A program made the position numbers and the translations under genes. A DNA stretch of 25,802 nucleotides, taken from the IMG/VR virus record IMGVR_UViG_3300031455_000006, positions 1-25,802 of that record; one strand, written 5' to 3'. This document shows, in pieces, positions 1-7,932 of this stretch (position 1 is the first letter of the stretch; the number at the start of each line of letters is the position of its first letter). The notes below the pieces were generated by a model that was not told the DNA's origin, ran no database searches, and was given only the letters and a program-made list of their open reading frames with translations. Origin of the DNA: a virus. Taxonomy: Duplodnaviria; Caudoviricetes.

Positions 1-147
1 TAACTCAATCAATTTCATTTTTTTTTCTGTCAATTTATATCTTTCGTGCATTTAATTCACTTCCTTTCATTATGAGGGTAGTTAAAAAAATATAGGAGTA
101 GTTATTTTGAAAATTCTGGGAAGGGTATAAATATTTATAGATTTATT
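1..147. repeat. Terminal direct repeat, copy 1 (circular contig overlap)
   Basis: Identical to 25656-25802 except T at 21 vs G at 25676; contains the 5' end and upstream region of terS. Confidence 0.95.
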
Positions 148-338
148 TTAAAAAACCCCCACTAATCTCACCCAACCTCAAAACCAAACACCAACCCACG
201 ACAAATAACCCCTTAACTCCTTTGTTAAGCGGTTTTCTAATACCCTTACTAATCCCTTTTACCCTTGTTAATTCCTTGTTTTCTCTCAATTTAACTCACA
301 TTTCAAAAACTTTACACCAAAAAACTTGTAAGCTAAAT

Positions 339-911
339 TTAACTAACATGACTCCAATTTTTACCAAGTTTAATACTAGAAATTATTGCATCACTAACAT
401 CGAACATCTTGGCTATTTTTACTTGCTTTTCACCAATATCAATCAAGAATCGAATTTCTCTAACTTCTGATTCAGTTAACTTTGATTCTCCATTGTTAGA
501 ACCTCTGTTATTAATTAATCCATTCTCTATTGCATGTTTAATATTTTCCTTTGGTGTTACCCATTCAAGATTCTCAATACAATTATCATGCTTTATTCCA
601 TTTTTATGATTAACTTCTTTTTTATTTTCTGGGTTCTCAATAAATGCTATGGCGACAAGTCTATGAATTGTAAAAGTTCTCTGTTTTTTATTTTCACATA
701 AACTCACTACTAAATAACCATTGCTAAAAGAAGGCTTCAAAATCCTTCCTTCACATTTCCGCTTACCTCTTTTTGTCTCAACAACCCTTGATAAACTTCT
801 CACTCGACCTAAGTTACTAACTTCATAATAATCACCGTACTCAACGATACCTTTTAAACTTTTCCAAATTTCATTTTCAATCATTTCAATTTCAACTTGC
901 TTCAATATCAT
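339..911 (-). CDS. NUMOD4-HNH homing endonuclease family protein with C-terminal HTH
   Basis: EIWK..YEVSNLGRVRS (NUMOD4); HRLVA..F...VNHKNGIKHDNCIENLEWVTPKEN (HNH); C-terminal IAKMFDVS..ISSIKLGKNW. Confidence 0.92.
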   Translation of the reverse strand: MILKQVEIEMIENEIWKSLKGIVEYGDYYEVSNLGRVRSLSRVVETKRGKRKCEGRILKPSFSNGYLVVSLCENKKQRTFTIHRLVAIAFIENPENKKEVNHKNGIKHDNCIENLEWVTPKENIKHAIENGLINNRGSNNGESKLTESEVREIRFLIDIGEKQVKIAKMFDVSDAIISSIKLGKNWSHVS

Positions 912-951
912 TTATCCTTTATAGTTTATTGTTTATTGTTTTGCCGCAAAC

Positions 952-992
952 AAAAAAGAACACCTTTAACCATCTCTGGCGGTGTCCTTTTT
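952..992 (-). terminator. Probable intrinsic terminator after the Zn-ribbon gene
   Basis: Minus strand AAAAGGACACC...GGTGTTCTTTT stem followed by a U run. Confidence 0.55.
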
Positions 993-1357
993 TATTTCCA
1001 ATCATGAAAATATGTTTTTAACTCATTTGTCAATTGCTTAATTTCGATTTCCAACAACTTGTTCTTCTCAAATAATGAATCAATCTCATTTTTATTCTTC
1101 AATTCGTTCATCAACTTTATACTTTGATAATTTTTTCTCATTTCTTGAACCATTTCGTTGAAGCGCTTGCAATCCACACCAACAAAAAACCTTTCACGGC
1201 AACGCTTACATGAGAAGAAGTTAAAAATCACGTTAAACCCTTTATATTCACCCACATGCTTACTTTCAATTTTCTTAACTGTAAAAGTATTTCCACACGA
1301 ATCACACAAAACATTTTCAATAACATTTTTATTTTCCTTTTTTAAAAAACCTAACAT
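992..1357 (-). CDS. Hypothetical Zn-ribbon plus coiled-coil protein
   Basis: CDSC...CKRC cysteine pairs; C-terminal heptad-like helix; AAGGAAG SD upstream. Confidence 0.7.
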   Translation of the reverse strand: MLGFLKKENKNVIENVLCDSCGNTFTVKKIESKHVGEYKGFNVIFNFFSCKRCRERFFVGVDCKRFNEMVQEMRKNYQSIKLMNELKNKNEIDSLFEKNKLLEIEIKQLTNELKTYFHDWK

Positions 1358-1390
1358 TTTTTATCTTCCTTTTTTTTGATATTCCCTTAT

Positions 1391-2656
1391 TTATCCTCTG
1401 ATCACTTTTTTCAACTGCTCCACTCGTTCCACGACTAAAGCATAAACTCTGTATAAAGTTTTATTTGTCATTTCACTTCTTACAATTTCTAAGATCTCCA
1501 ACTGCTCCATTTGTTCAAAAACAACATCCAAATAATCAAAGTTCATTCTCTCACTAACCCAAATACTTAACTCTTCATTTTGAGAATTTAAATTTTCATC
1601 GCTTTCAACAATTTCAACTAAACCAGCCCAAAATTTCAACTCTCTTTTGGCATCCATTTGAATGTGAGTGAGTTTCTTTTCACTCTTATATAATGCATCC
1701 ATCTTCTGACGAATCCTTTTATAATGATTTGCTTTAGCTCTTTCACTATACGGTTTATTCTCAATCGCTCTGTAGGGAGCTGTGTACTGGCAGTTTCTAT
1801 CCCTTTGAAAAAACTCCATCACCTTCAGAAAATCATTCTGATCATTGTTCAATTCATTAACGTTCTCATAGAAAAATTGAAGAAAATGGTTCATTGAATA
1901 CCTGTTTTCATCGACATGAAACAAGTTCATTTCAGATGATATTTCATCAGATAAAGAAAAACTTCCCTCTTCGGTTTCATTGACAAAATCAAAGCTTTTA
2001 ATAATCGGTTTAACCCATGTCATCTCGAGATTTTTCTGTTCTTTATACACGTCATTAATTTGATTAGCATACTCTTGAATGTCTGTTTTTATCTTCTTGT
2101 TGATGTAATCATGCAATATACGATTTTCTTTATACCCCTCAGCATTAACCATCTGCCAATTAAAATCAGCGTCATTCGATTTAAATTTCATAACGCCCTC
2201 AGTCACGGATAATGCAACATGAGCGATAAAGTCTTCAAAATCATCAAATAGAAAACTTCGACTTCTCCAGATTCCACCTATATATCTTTTTGATTCTACT
2301 GTTGCAGGTTGAATATAATATTTACCCTTTTTTATGAAGTAACTCTCAACAAATAAACATCTATGTATGTAACTTTCTTCTTCAATTCGTTCTTGCTCCT
2401 TATAACTCTCACTTACAATAACTGTATAATCCTCTGGTAAAAACTCTTTTTCAATCGGTAAAAATTCTTTTTCAATCAAGTTTCCAGATTCATCAATCTC
2501 AATCTCTGCCCAACGTTTACCACTCTTTATACGGCTAACCATTGAGCCATCCACACCAAACTGATTCGCAATTTGTTGCAGATTCAACTCACCTAATCGA
2601 ATGAGATATTTTATTTTTGCAACATCTATTTTTTCTAATTTTGTATTCTTACCCAT
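1391..2656 (-). CDS. N-terminal HTH protein with a possible divergent sigma-70-like domain
   Basis: 421-aa ORF coupled to the upstream gene; HTH QQIANQFGVDGSMVSRIKSGKRW; FEDFIAHVALSVTEGVMKF..DYINKKIK resembles sigma region 2 (by eye). Confidence 0.55.
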   Translation of the reverse strand: MGKNTKLEKIDVAKIKYLIRLGELNLQQIANQFGVDGSMVSRIKSGKRWAEIEIDESGNLIEKEFLPIEKEFLPEDYTVIVSESYKEQERIEEESYIHRCLFVESYFIKKGKYYIQPATVESKRYIGGIWRSRSFLFDDFEDFIAHVALSVTEGVMKFKSNDADFNWQMVNAEGYKENRILHDYINKKIKTDIQEYANQINDVYKEQKNLEMTWVKPIIKSFDFVNETEEGSFSLSDEISSEMNLFHVDENRYSMNHFLQFFYENVNELNNDQNDFLKVMEFFQRDRNCQYTAPYRAIENKPYSERAKANHYKRIRQKMDALYKSEKKLTHIQMDAKRELKFWAGLVEIVESDENLNSQNEELSIWVSERMNFDYLDVVFEQMEQLEILEIVRSEMTNKTLYRVYALVVERVEQLKKVIRG

Positions 2657-2658
2657 TT

Positions 2659-2844
2659 TTACTCTAATTCAGCCGAAACAACATGCTTACAATTGATAAA
2701 AATCGTTTTATTTTCCCTAGAAACATAAACTACTTCCTTATTCAAGACTGACTCTATCAGAGCTTCAACTTGTCTCTCTGAATAAGTTCTAAGATCAATC
2801 ATTATTTTATCATCGTTCACCATATAAAAAGTAATTTTTTCCAT
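2659..2844 (-). CDS. Small hypothetical protein (61 aa)
   Basis: ATG with AAGGAAG SD; stop is 2 nt before the next ATG. Confidence 0.75.
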   Translation of the reverse strand: MEKITFYMVNDDKIMIDLRTYSERQVEALIESVLNKEVVYVSRENKTIFINCKHVVSAELE

Positions 2845-2872
2845 TTTTCATCTTCCTTTTCTTTAAGAAATT

Positions 2873-2905
2873 AAAAAAGAAGAAAGGGAAATATCCCTTT
2901 CTTCT
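2873..2905 (-). terminator. Intrinsic terminator or attenuator
   Basis: 12-bp stem AGAAGAAAGGGA/TCCCTTTCTTCT followed by a U run on minus. Confidence 0.7.
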
Positions 2906-3001
2906 CAAAAAACATTTAATCTACGGGAGGAAAATTAAACATAGCTGAAAGGGGTTGTAACCTTTCATAATTAGTATAGATATACCTCCTTGTAACACCG
3001 C

Positions 3002-4048
3002 TTACATAGCCTTGTTACTATAAAAATCACTAAACACAGACTTCCAATTACCACCAATATTATCCTCTAAGCGCTTTAACTTATTTTTAAAATTATTCTC
3101 GCCCATGCCCATCAAATCAGCAAAATATCGCTTATTCATATACGGTTTGCCATCCTTATCGAAGTGAAAAGCGTTTTGATTTTCTGCTTCAATTTCTTCT
3201 TTTACAGTTTTATAAACCTTCAACATGAACTCCTTTTGATTGTCGTTCAAGTGTTCATCAAAAGCATCAACCCCAACATAAAGAAGACTCTTTTTGAGAA
3301 TCATCATCCAGATAACATTGTCATCAACGTCAAAAGTAGGCTTTATCACATATGAAACTCCTTCATTTTTCACACGCTTTTTTTCTGTTGCTTTGATTTG
3401 CGCATCAAAAAACCTTGAATTTATGACTAAATTTATGTATTTAACAATTTCTTTTTCACTTTTTTCAACATCAACTCTGATCAATCCATATTTAAGCGAT
3501 TCCACAAAGTAAGGTATTAATTTTTCTTTTGTATCGATAAAATCCTGTTTAAACTCTTCACTGTCCTGACTTAATTTGCTAAACTTTTTACATAAATTAA
3601 ACAACTCATATGCTTGCCCACCATAGTGTTTAATTAATTTCTTTTCGTTTCTCCAGACTGACGAAAAATTATATTCGCACATTTCATCTACATCAACGTC
3701 TAGTTGTGGATTCTCCGCTAACTCATTAATCCAACTATCTTCAGCATCGCCATTGTATAGATCTTGTCCGTTCTTACCAGAAAATAACTGCTGGTACTCC
3801 AGTTTATCCTGCTGACTAGCTTCAAAAATGTGACGCTGATTTCTTTCTCGGAAACAATCTTTCATCATCAAAGCCCGAATACGATACGCCACATACATTA
3901 AAGGATCTTCAACACTTGGGGCTTCTGTTCCCTCATCGTATTTAAGATCTGTCAAATCAGCATCAGCAAACTTTAAAATTCTCTCTACAATCTCTTCATT
4001 TTCATTTTCTTTGTAGTTTTTAATTAATTCTTTCATTTTCTTTTCCAT
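3002..4048 (-). CDS. Putative divergent sigma-70-like / HTH transcription factor
   Basis: Likely start MEKK at 4048 (AGGA SD 8 nt upstream; ORF extends to 4081); GLIRVDVEKSEKEIVKYINLVI is region-2-like; LNDNQKEF..KRYFADLMGMGENNFKNKLKRL is region-4 HTH-like. Confidence 0.55.
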   Translation of the reverse strand: MEKKMKELIKNYKENENEEIVERILKFADADLTDLKYDEGTEAPSVEDPLMYVAYRIRALMMKDCFRERNQRHIFEASQQDKLEYQQLFSGKNGQDLYNGDAEDSWINELAENPQLDVDVDEMCEYNFSSVWRNEKKLIKHYGGQAYELFNLCKKFSKLSQDSEEFKQDFIDTKEKLIPYFVESLKYGLIRVDVEKSEKEIVKYINLVINSRFFDAQIKATEKKRVKNEGVSYVIKPTFDVDDNVIWMMILKKSLLYVGVDAFDEHLNDNQKEFMLKVYKTVKEEIEAENQNAFHFDKDGKPYMNKRYFADLMGMGENNFKNKLKRLEDNIGGNWKSVFSDFYSNKAM

Positions 4049-4177
4049 TTTAACCATCCTTTTTATTTGAAGCACACACATTCCGTATATGGTGCTTGTT
4101 TCTTATTTCCAATACCTAGACCTTATAAATCACTAAAACCTCTTAAATGGAGTTTGTGAGCGTTTTATGAGGAGTAA

Positions 4178-4245
4178 GGTTAAACAAAACTCAATACTAC
4201 CCCTTCATAATAAATAGCCTTATGGACTGTGTTTTGTAACCTTTT
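4178..4245. repeat. 68-bp direct repeat, copy 1 (probable promoter/operator)
   Basis: 67/68 identical to 6601-6668; lies upstream of the sigma-like gene. Confidence 0.9.
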
Positions 4246-4278
4246 TTAAAAAATAATATTTTTAAAAATCCACAAAAC

Positions 4279-4308
4279 AAAAAGAACAGGTGAGAATCCT
4301 CCTGTTCT
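4279..4308 (-). terminator. Intrinsic terminator
   Basis: AGAACAGG/CCTGTTCT stem plus U run just after the stop at 4320. Confidence 0.75.
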
Positions 4309-4319
4309 GCTTCTAAAAT

Positions 4320-4928
4320 TTATAAGTTATAGTTTTTATCTTTAATTGCGTCATTTCTTCTTAAAATTACTTCCGTCAACTTAAACCAAGCGTAAGCTTC
4401 TTCGTATGCTACTAAATATAAATAAGAATTTGTCTCAACAGGTTTATGAAAATAGGCAAATTCTATTTTGAAAAATGGGTCATCTAAATCATCCAAAGTC
4501 AAAACTAATTCGACATTTTTAACATCTTTTTGTTGTTTTTGTTTTCCACTTAAACCACCAATAACAGCACCAATTCCACCTGCTAAAACTCCACCAACTA
4601 ATGCTCCTCCGAGCTGACTTGCTCTTGATGTGGATATGACAGATTCATCATCTTGCTTCAACTCGACTTGAATAATATCTTTATAATTAAATTTTTTTAC
4701 CACATCAGAGTTAATAATACACCAGAAACATTTTGATTCTGAATCATTAATTAAAGTATAGGATGATTTGCAATCAAACCTCTTACTGATATTGATTTGA
4801 TTTTCTTTAATAATTTCTTCAACTTTTTCTCTTCTTATTTCTTCATTATTACTTTCACTTTTATTCATTAATACCACTATCGTAAAACATACTAACATAA
4901 TTAAAATACAGATAAATATCACCATCAC
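4320..4928 (-). CDS. Membrane-anchored hypothetical protein with a glycine-zipper segment (moron-like)
   Basis: GTG start with GGAGG SD; N-terminal TM helix; GGALVGGVLAGGIGAVIGG; own terminator. Confidence 0.75.
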   Translation of the reverse strand: MMVIFICILIMLVCFTIVVLMNKSESNNEEIRREKVEEIIKENQINISKRFDCKSSYTLINDSESKCFWCIINSDVVKKFNYKDIIQVELKQDDESVISTSRASQLGGALVGGVLAGGIGAVIGGLSGKQKQQKDVKNVELVLTLDDLDDPFFKIEFAYFHKPVETNSYLYLVAYEEAYAWFKLTEVILRRNDAIKDKNYNL

Positions 4929-5038
4929 AACACATCCTCCCAGTTGTATTTACATACTAAAAGTATCATTTTTCATTATGAATTGGATAAGGAATCGATC
5001 GCCAAAATAAGACAAAAATAATTACAACATTGCTTTAA

Positions 5039-6247
5039 TTAAAAAGTATGATTGTAATACTCCTGAAGATCTTTTATTTTTGTTGCATATAAATATTGGA
5101 AATAAAGCTGATAATACTCCTCATCAAACGTGAAATTTTCTGGTTGAGGAATAAATACTTTCTTTTCTTTACCGCCAAACTCTTCAAGTAATTCTTCATT
5201 TTGTTTTTTGTAAGATTTGCCATCCAGAAAATTCTGCTCCTTTTTATAGGCTCTATCGTACACAAAAACATTTCTTTTCTGTTGAAAGTCATTTTTATTA
5301 TTAATGACAAATTGTTCTGGATTATCCTTAAAAACTTCAATTACTTCATTATTATATTTTCCTAAGTATTTGATGATTTTCTTCTTTGTTGCTTTTAAGT
5401 TGATTATGTATGCCGTGTAATAAAAATCAAGTTCTAAAGGTTCTCCTGCCACATTAGTAATGGTGTGAAGAAAATTTCTCCATTCCTCATTAAATTCTTT
5501 GACATTTTTCTTATTTGTTAAAGTGTTGATCGTCCACGTATCAACTTGATAAACCTCTTTTAATTCTCGGTTTTTCCGTTGAAGTCTATCAATTGTGATT
5601 CCGTCAAGCTCGACTTTTTGACCTTCTTCATTTACTCCAACTATCTTTTCAGTGAAGTTAATAATATTAATTTTTTTCATCCGTTCAAGTGTTCCAGCTA
5701 ATTGTTTTTGAAGCTCTTTCACATAATCAATATAGTCATTGATAATTCGCTCTTGACCATTGTTGATGATTTTTTTCTCTTTCAACTTCTCAATGTGACT
5801 GTCTTTTGCCTTCAAATTATTTTTTGATTTTACTAGCTGATATGTCGATTCATTAATCAATCCAAAATCCAAACACCATTTATTAAGTGTTTGTTCACCA
5901 ACTGCAATGTTAAGATTTTCTAAGTGTGAAACAACAATAATATCAAGGTTTTTTGTGTATGGAATTTTCCAAGTACCATTACTGATACGCTTATCTTCAC
6001 GGATGTTAGATGTTTCTTTTCTTCCTATACAAGTTATATCTCTATTTGCTCCGCTTCCACTAATCAGAACCGTCTCCCAATCACATTCATAGGATTCTAT
6101 CAGAATGTTAGTATAATTTGAATTTATTGTACCTTTTTTCTTCTTAGATGCTTCTTTCTTCTGATTAAATTGTTTAATCATTCCTGCCGTTCCCTTTTCC
6201 ATAACTGCATTTTCTAAATTAATTTTCACCATTTCTTTTTCTTCCAT
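5039..6247 (-). CDS. Hypothetical protein (402 aa), possibly DNA-binding or replication related
   Basis: Long Lys-rich ORF with AAGGA SD; no family recognised; directly downstream of the palindrome/hairpin region. Confidence 0.7.
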   Translation of the reverse strand: MEEKEMVKINLENAVMEKGTAGMIKQFNQKKEASKKKKGTINSNYTNILIESYECDWETVLISGSGANRDITCIGRKETSNIREDKRISNGTWKIPYTKNLDIIVVSHLENLNIAVGEQTLNKWCLDFGLINESTYQLVKSKNNLKAKDSHIEKLKEKKIINNGQERIINDYIDYVKELQKQLAGTLERMKKINIINFTEKIVGVNEEGQKVELDGITIDRLQRKNRELKEVYQVDTWTINTLTNKKNVKEFNEEWRNFLHTITNVAGEPLELDFYYTAYIINLKATKKKIIKYLGKYNNEVIEVFKDNPEQFVINNKNDFQQKRNVFVYDRAYKKEQNFLDGKSYKKQNEELLEEFGGKEKKVFIPQPENFTFDEEYYQLYFQYLYATKIKDLQEYYNHTF

Positions 6248-6276
6248 TTCATTTCATCCTTTTGTTATTTTATTTT

Positions 6277-6335
6277 TTGAACAAAGATCACTCTGGTAAG
6301 TAATTTTATTTATTACCAGAGTGATCTTTGTTCAA
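6277..6335. repeat. 59-bp palindrome, copy 1 (23-bp perfect arms, 13-nt loop)
   Basis: TTGAACAAAGATCACTCTGGTAA-GTAATTTTATTTA-TTACCAGAGTGATCTTTGTTCAA. Confidence 0.95.
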
Positions 6336-6600
6336 TTTTCTTAGGGCAACAAAATCACTCTGCTACTTGAACCATCTCTTCACAAGAAAACCACTTGTGA
6401 AGACCTGCGACAAGTAGCGCAATCGCTGATTAAGTCTTTATTTTTATTTTTCATTCCATCTAAATCAACGTCAATTTGTTCAGCGATGTTTTTGGCGTAC
6501 CTTTTTGCATCGCAACAAATAAAAATAATTTGTGAAGCGAATGCGTAACAAATATTTTTAAGCGAAGCGATTTGCTTGTGTAAAAAGGTACTTGATTCAG

Positions 6601-6668
6601 GGTTAAATAAAACTCAATACTACCCCTTCATAATAAATAGCCTTATGGACTGTGTTTTGTAACCTTTT
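6601..6668. repeat. 68-bp direct repeat, copy 2
   Basis: 67/68 identical to 4178-4245. Confidence 0.9.
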
Positions 6669-6708
6669 AATTAAATAAATTTTTCACAATAAAAATAAGG
6701 CTTATTTT

Positions 6709-6767
6709 TTGAACAAAGATCACTCTGGTAATAAATAAAATTACTTACCAGAGTGATCTTTGTTCAA
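6709..6767. repeat. 59-bp palindrome, copy 2, loop inverted
   Basis: Same 23-bp arms; loop TAAATAAAATTAC is the exact reverse complement of the copy 1 loop. Confidence 0.95.
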
Positions 6768-6780
6768 TTTTCTACAAAAT

Positions 6781-6807
6781 AAAAAAAAGCCCTTATGTGC
6801 AGGGCTT
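6781..6807 (-). terminator. Intrinsic terminator of the FtsK operon
   Basis: AAGCCCT/AGGGCTT stem with an 8-U run on minus, after the stop at 6820. Confidence 0.8.
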
Positions 6808-6819
6808 ATAAAATAATTT

Positions 6820-7305
6820 CTACAACGTCTTGGTAATCTCTTCTAACATTGACATTAAAAATGGCATCAACTGCACCAGAATATAACCAATTCCAGCATT
6901 AGTAATCATCGACAATCCTTTTTCCTTTTGATTCAACATCCAAAATAAACAACCTGCCGTCATTCCTAACAAACAAAGAGGATGTGCTATGGCTTGCAGA
7001 AGTCCTAGCAACGGAGCAAAAGCGTCCATTATTTTACCGAATACAACTCCATTTACGGCATCACTAACAACATTGACAGGCACTGCTTGAACATTGTTTA
7101 TAGATGCATGGGCAGGGTGGGCAGGATAGCTAAGAACGGCAACTACAGGCAACAATGCAGAGGTAGAGAGTCCTTTGTTGTCGAGAATTTTCTTCACTCT
7201 CTTTTGACTATTTTTCAAAACCTTCTCAATTTGCTTCTGTTCTTTTCTCCAATTATTGCTACCTGCCATAAATTCAGAAATAGACATTGTTTCCACTCTT
7301 GCCAT
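6820..7305 (-). CDS. Membrane protein, TrbC/VirB2 pilin-like
   Basis: AGGAGG SD; leader ending AHA; two hydrophobic helices separated by NQKEKG, then IGYILVQLMP. Confidence 0.6.
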   Translation of the reverse strand: MARVETMSISEFMAGSNNWRKEQKQIEKVLKNSQKRVKKILDNKGLSTSALLPVVAVLSYPAHPAHASINNVQAVPVNVVSDAVNGVVFGKIMDAFAPLLGLLQAIAHPLCLLGMTAGCLFWMLNQKEKGLSMITNAGIGYILVQLMPFLMSMLEEITKTL

Positions 7306-7317
7306 TTAAATCTCCTC

Positions 7318-7932
7318 CTAACAGTCAATGTCGATCTCAAACATAGTAAAAACTCTACACCTTAGCCTGTATTCATCGCATAATTGTTGAATTTTATTTT
7401 TTTTTCTTTCAGTTGTTGTCACCCATATAAAAGCAGGAGGTGATTTGAAAAATCCAAGATCAACTAACTTCTTATATTTCTCCAATTTCTTCTTATTTAT
7501 TGACATTTTTTGAGTATTATCCACCTCGACAATATACTTCATATCTTTATAAGTGAATGTGGCATCACAAATGACAGAAAATTGACCTTCAACCCCCATT
7601 TCAACCTCATTAACCCAATCTCGCGGCTTCTTGTAGGTGATGTAAAGTTGATTCCTCATAATATAATGCCTAGCCTGAATTGTCTTCCTGCGAACAACCA
7701 TAGAGCCAGTTCTAAGCCTTCCCTCCGATGAAAGATAATAGATATTCTCATCATCCCTAAAATGGCTCAAATACTCCTTCATCCCATTTAAAACCCTTGA
7801 TGTATTCCTTTGGCTTTTTAAATCATGCAGAACTTTTATTTGTGTTGTGCTGAGATAATCTAGGTTTTTCAAAGAATTTAATATTTCGTCTGTTCTCTGC
7901 TCCTTGAGAATGTGCTTTTTTAAGCTCAACAT
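7318..7932 (-). CDS. Replication-relaxation (Replic_Relax, MOBC-like PD-(D/E)XK) family protein
   Basis: N-terminal winged HTH (YLSTTQI..YYLSSEG); CDATF..IVEVDNTQK motif; overlaps the FtsK gene end; start 7932 or 7938. Confidence 0.8.
   Translation of the reverse strand: MLSLKKHILKEQRTDEILNSLKNLDYLSTTQIKVLHDLKSQRNTSRVLNGMKEYLSHFRDDENIYYLSSEGRLRTGSMVVRRKTIQARHYIMRNQLYITYKKPRDWVNEVEMGVEGQFSVICDATFTYKDMKYIVEVDNTQKMSINKKKLEKYKKLVDLGFFKSPPAFIWVTTTERKKNKIQQLCDEYRLRCRVFTMFEIDIDC

Noticed and set aside
1-147. Biological terminal repeat of the virion DNA
   Set aside because: It cuts through the terS coding sequence and has the size of an assembly overlap; treated as a circularity signal
136-291. ~51-codon minus-strand ORF and G-rich (AAGGG) skewed stretch between HNH and terS
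   Set aside because: No SD and no family signal; the repeats are too short and irregular to call
6277-6767. CRISPR array or insertion-sequence ends
   Set aside because: Only two copies 373 bp apart, no spacer series, no cas or transposase gene
4320-7305. Holin assignment for either membrane protein
   Set aside because: No endolysin partner, not in the late operon, and features fit moron-like and pilin-like proteins better
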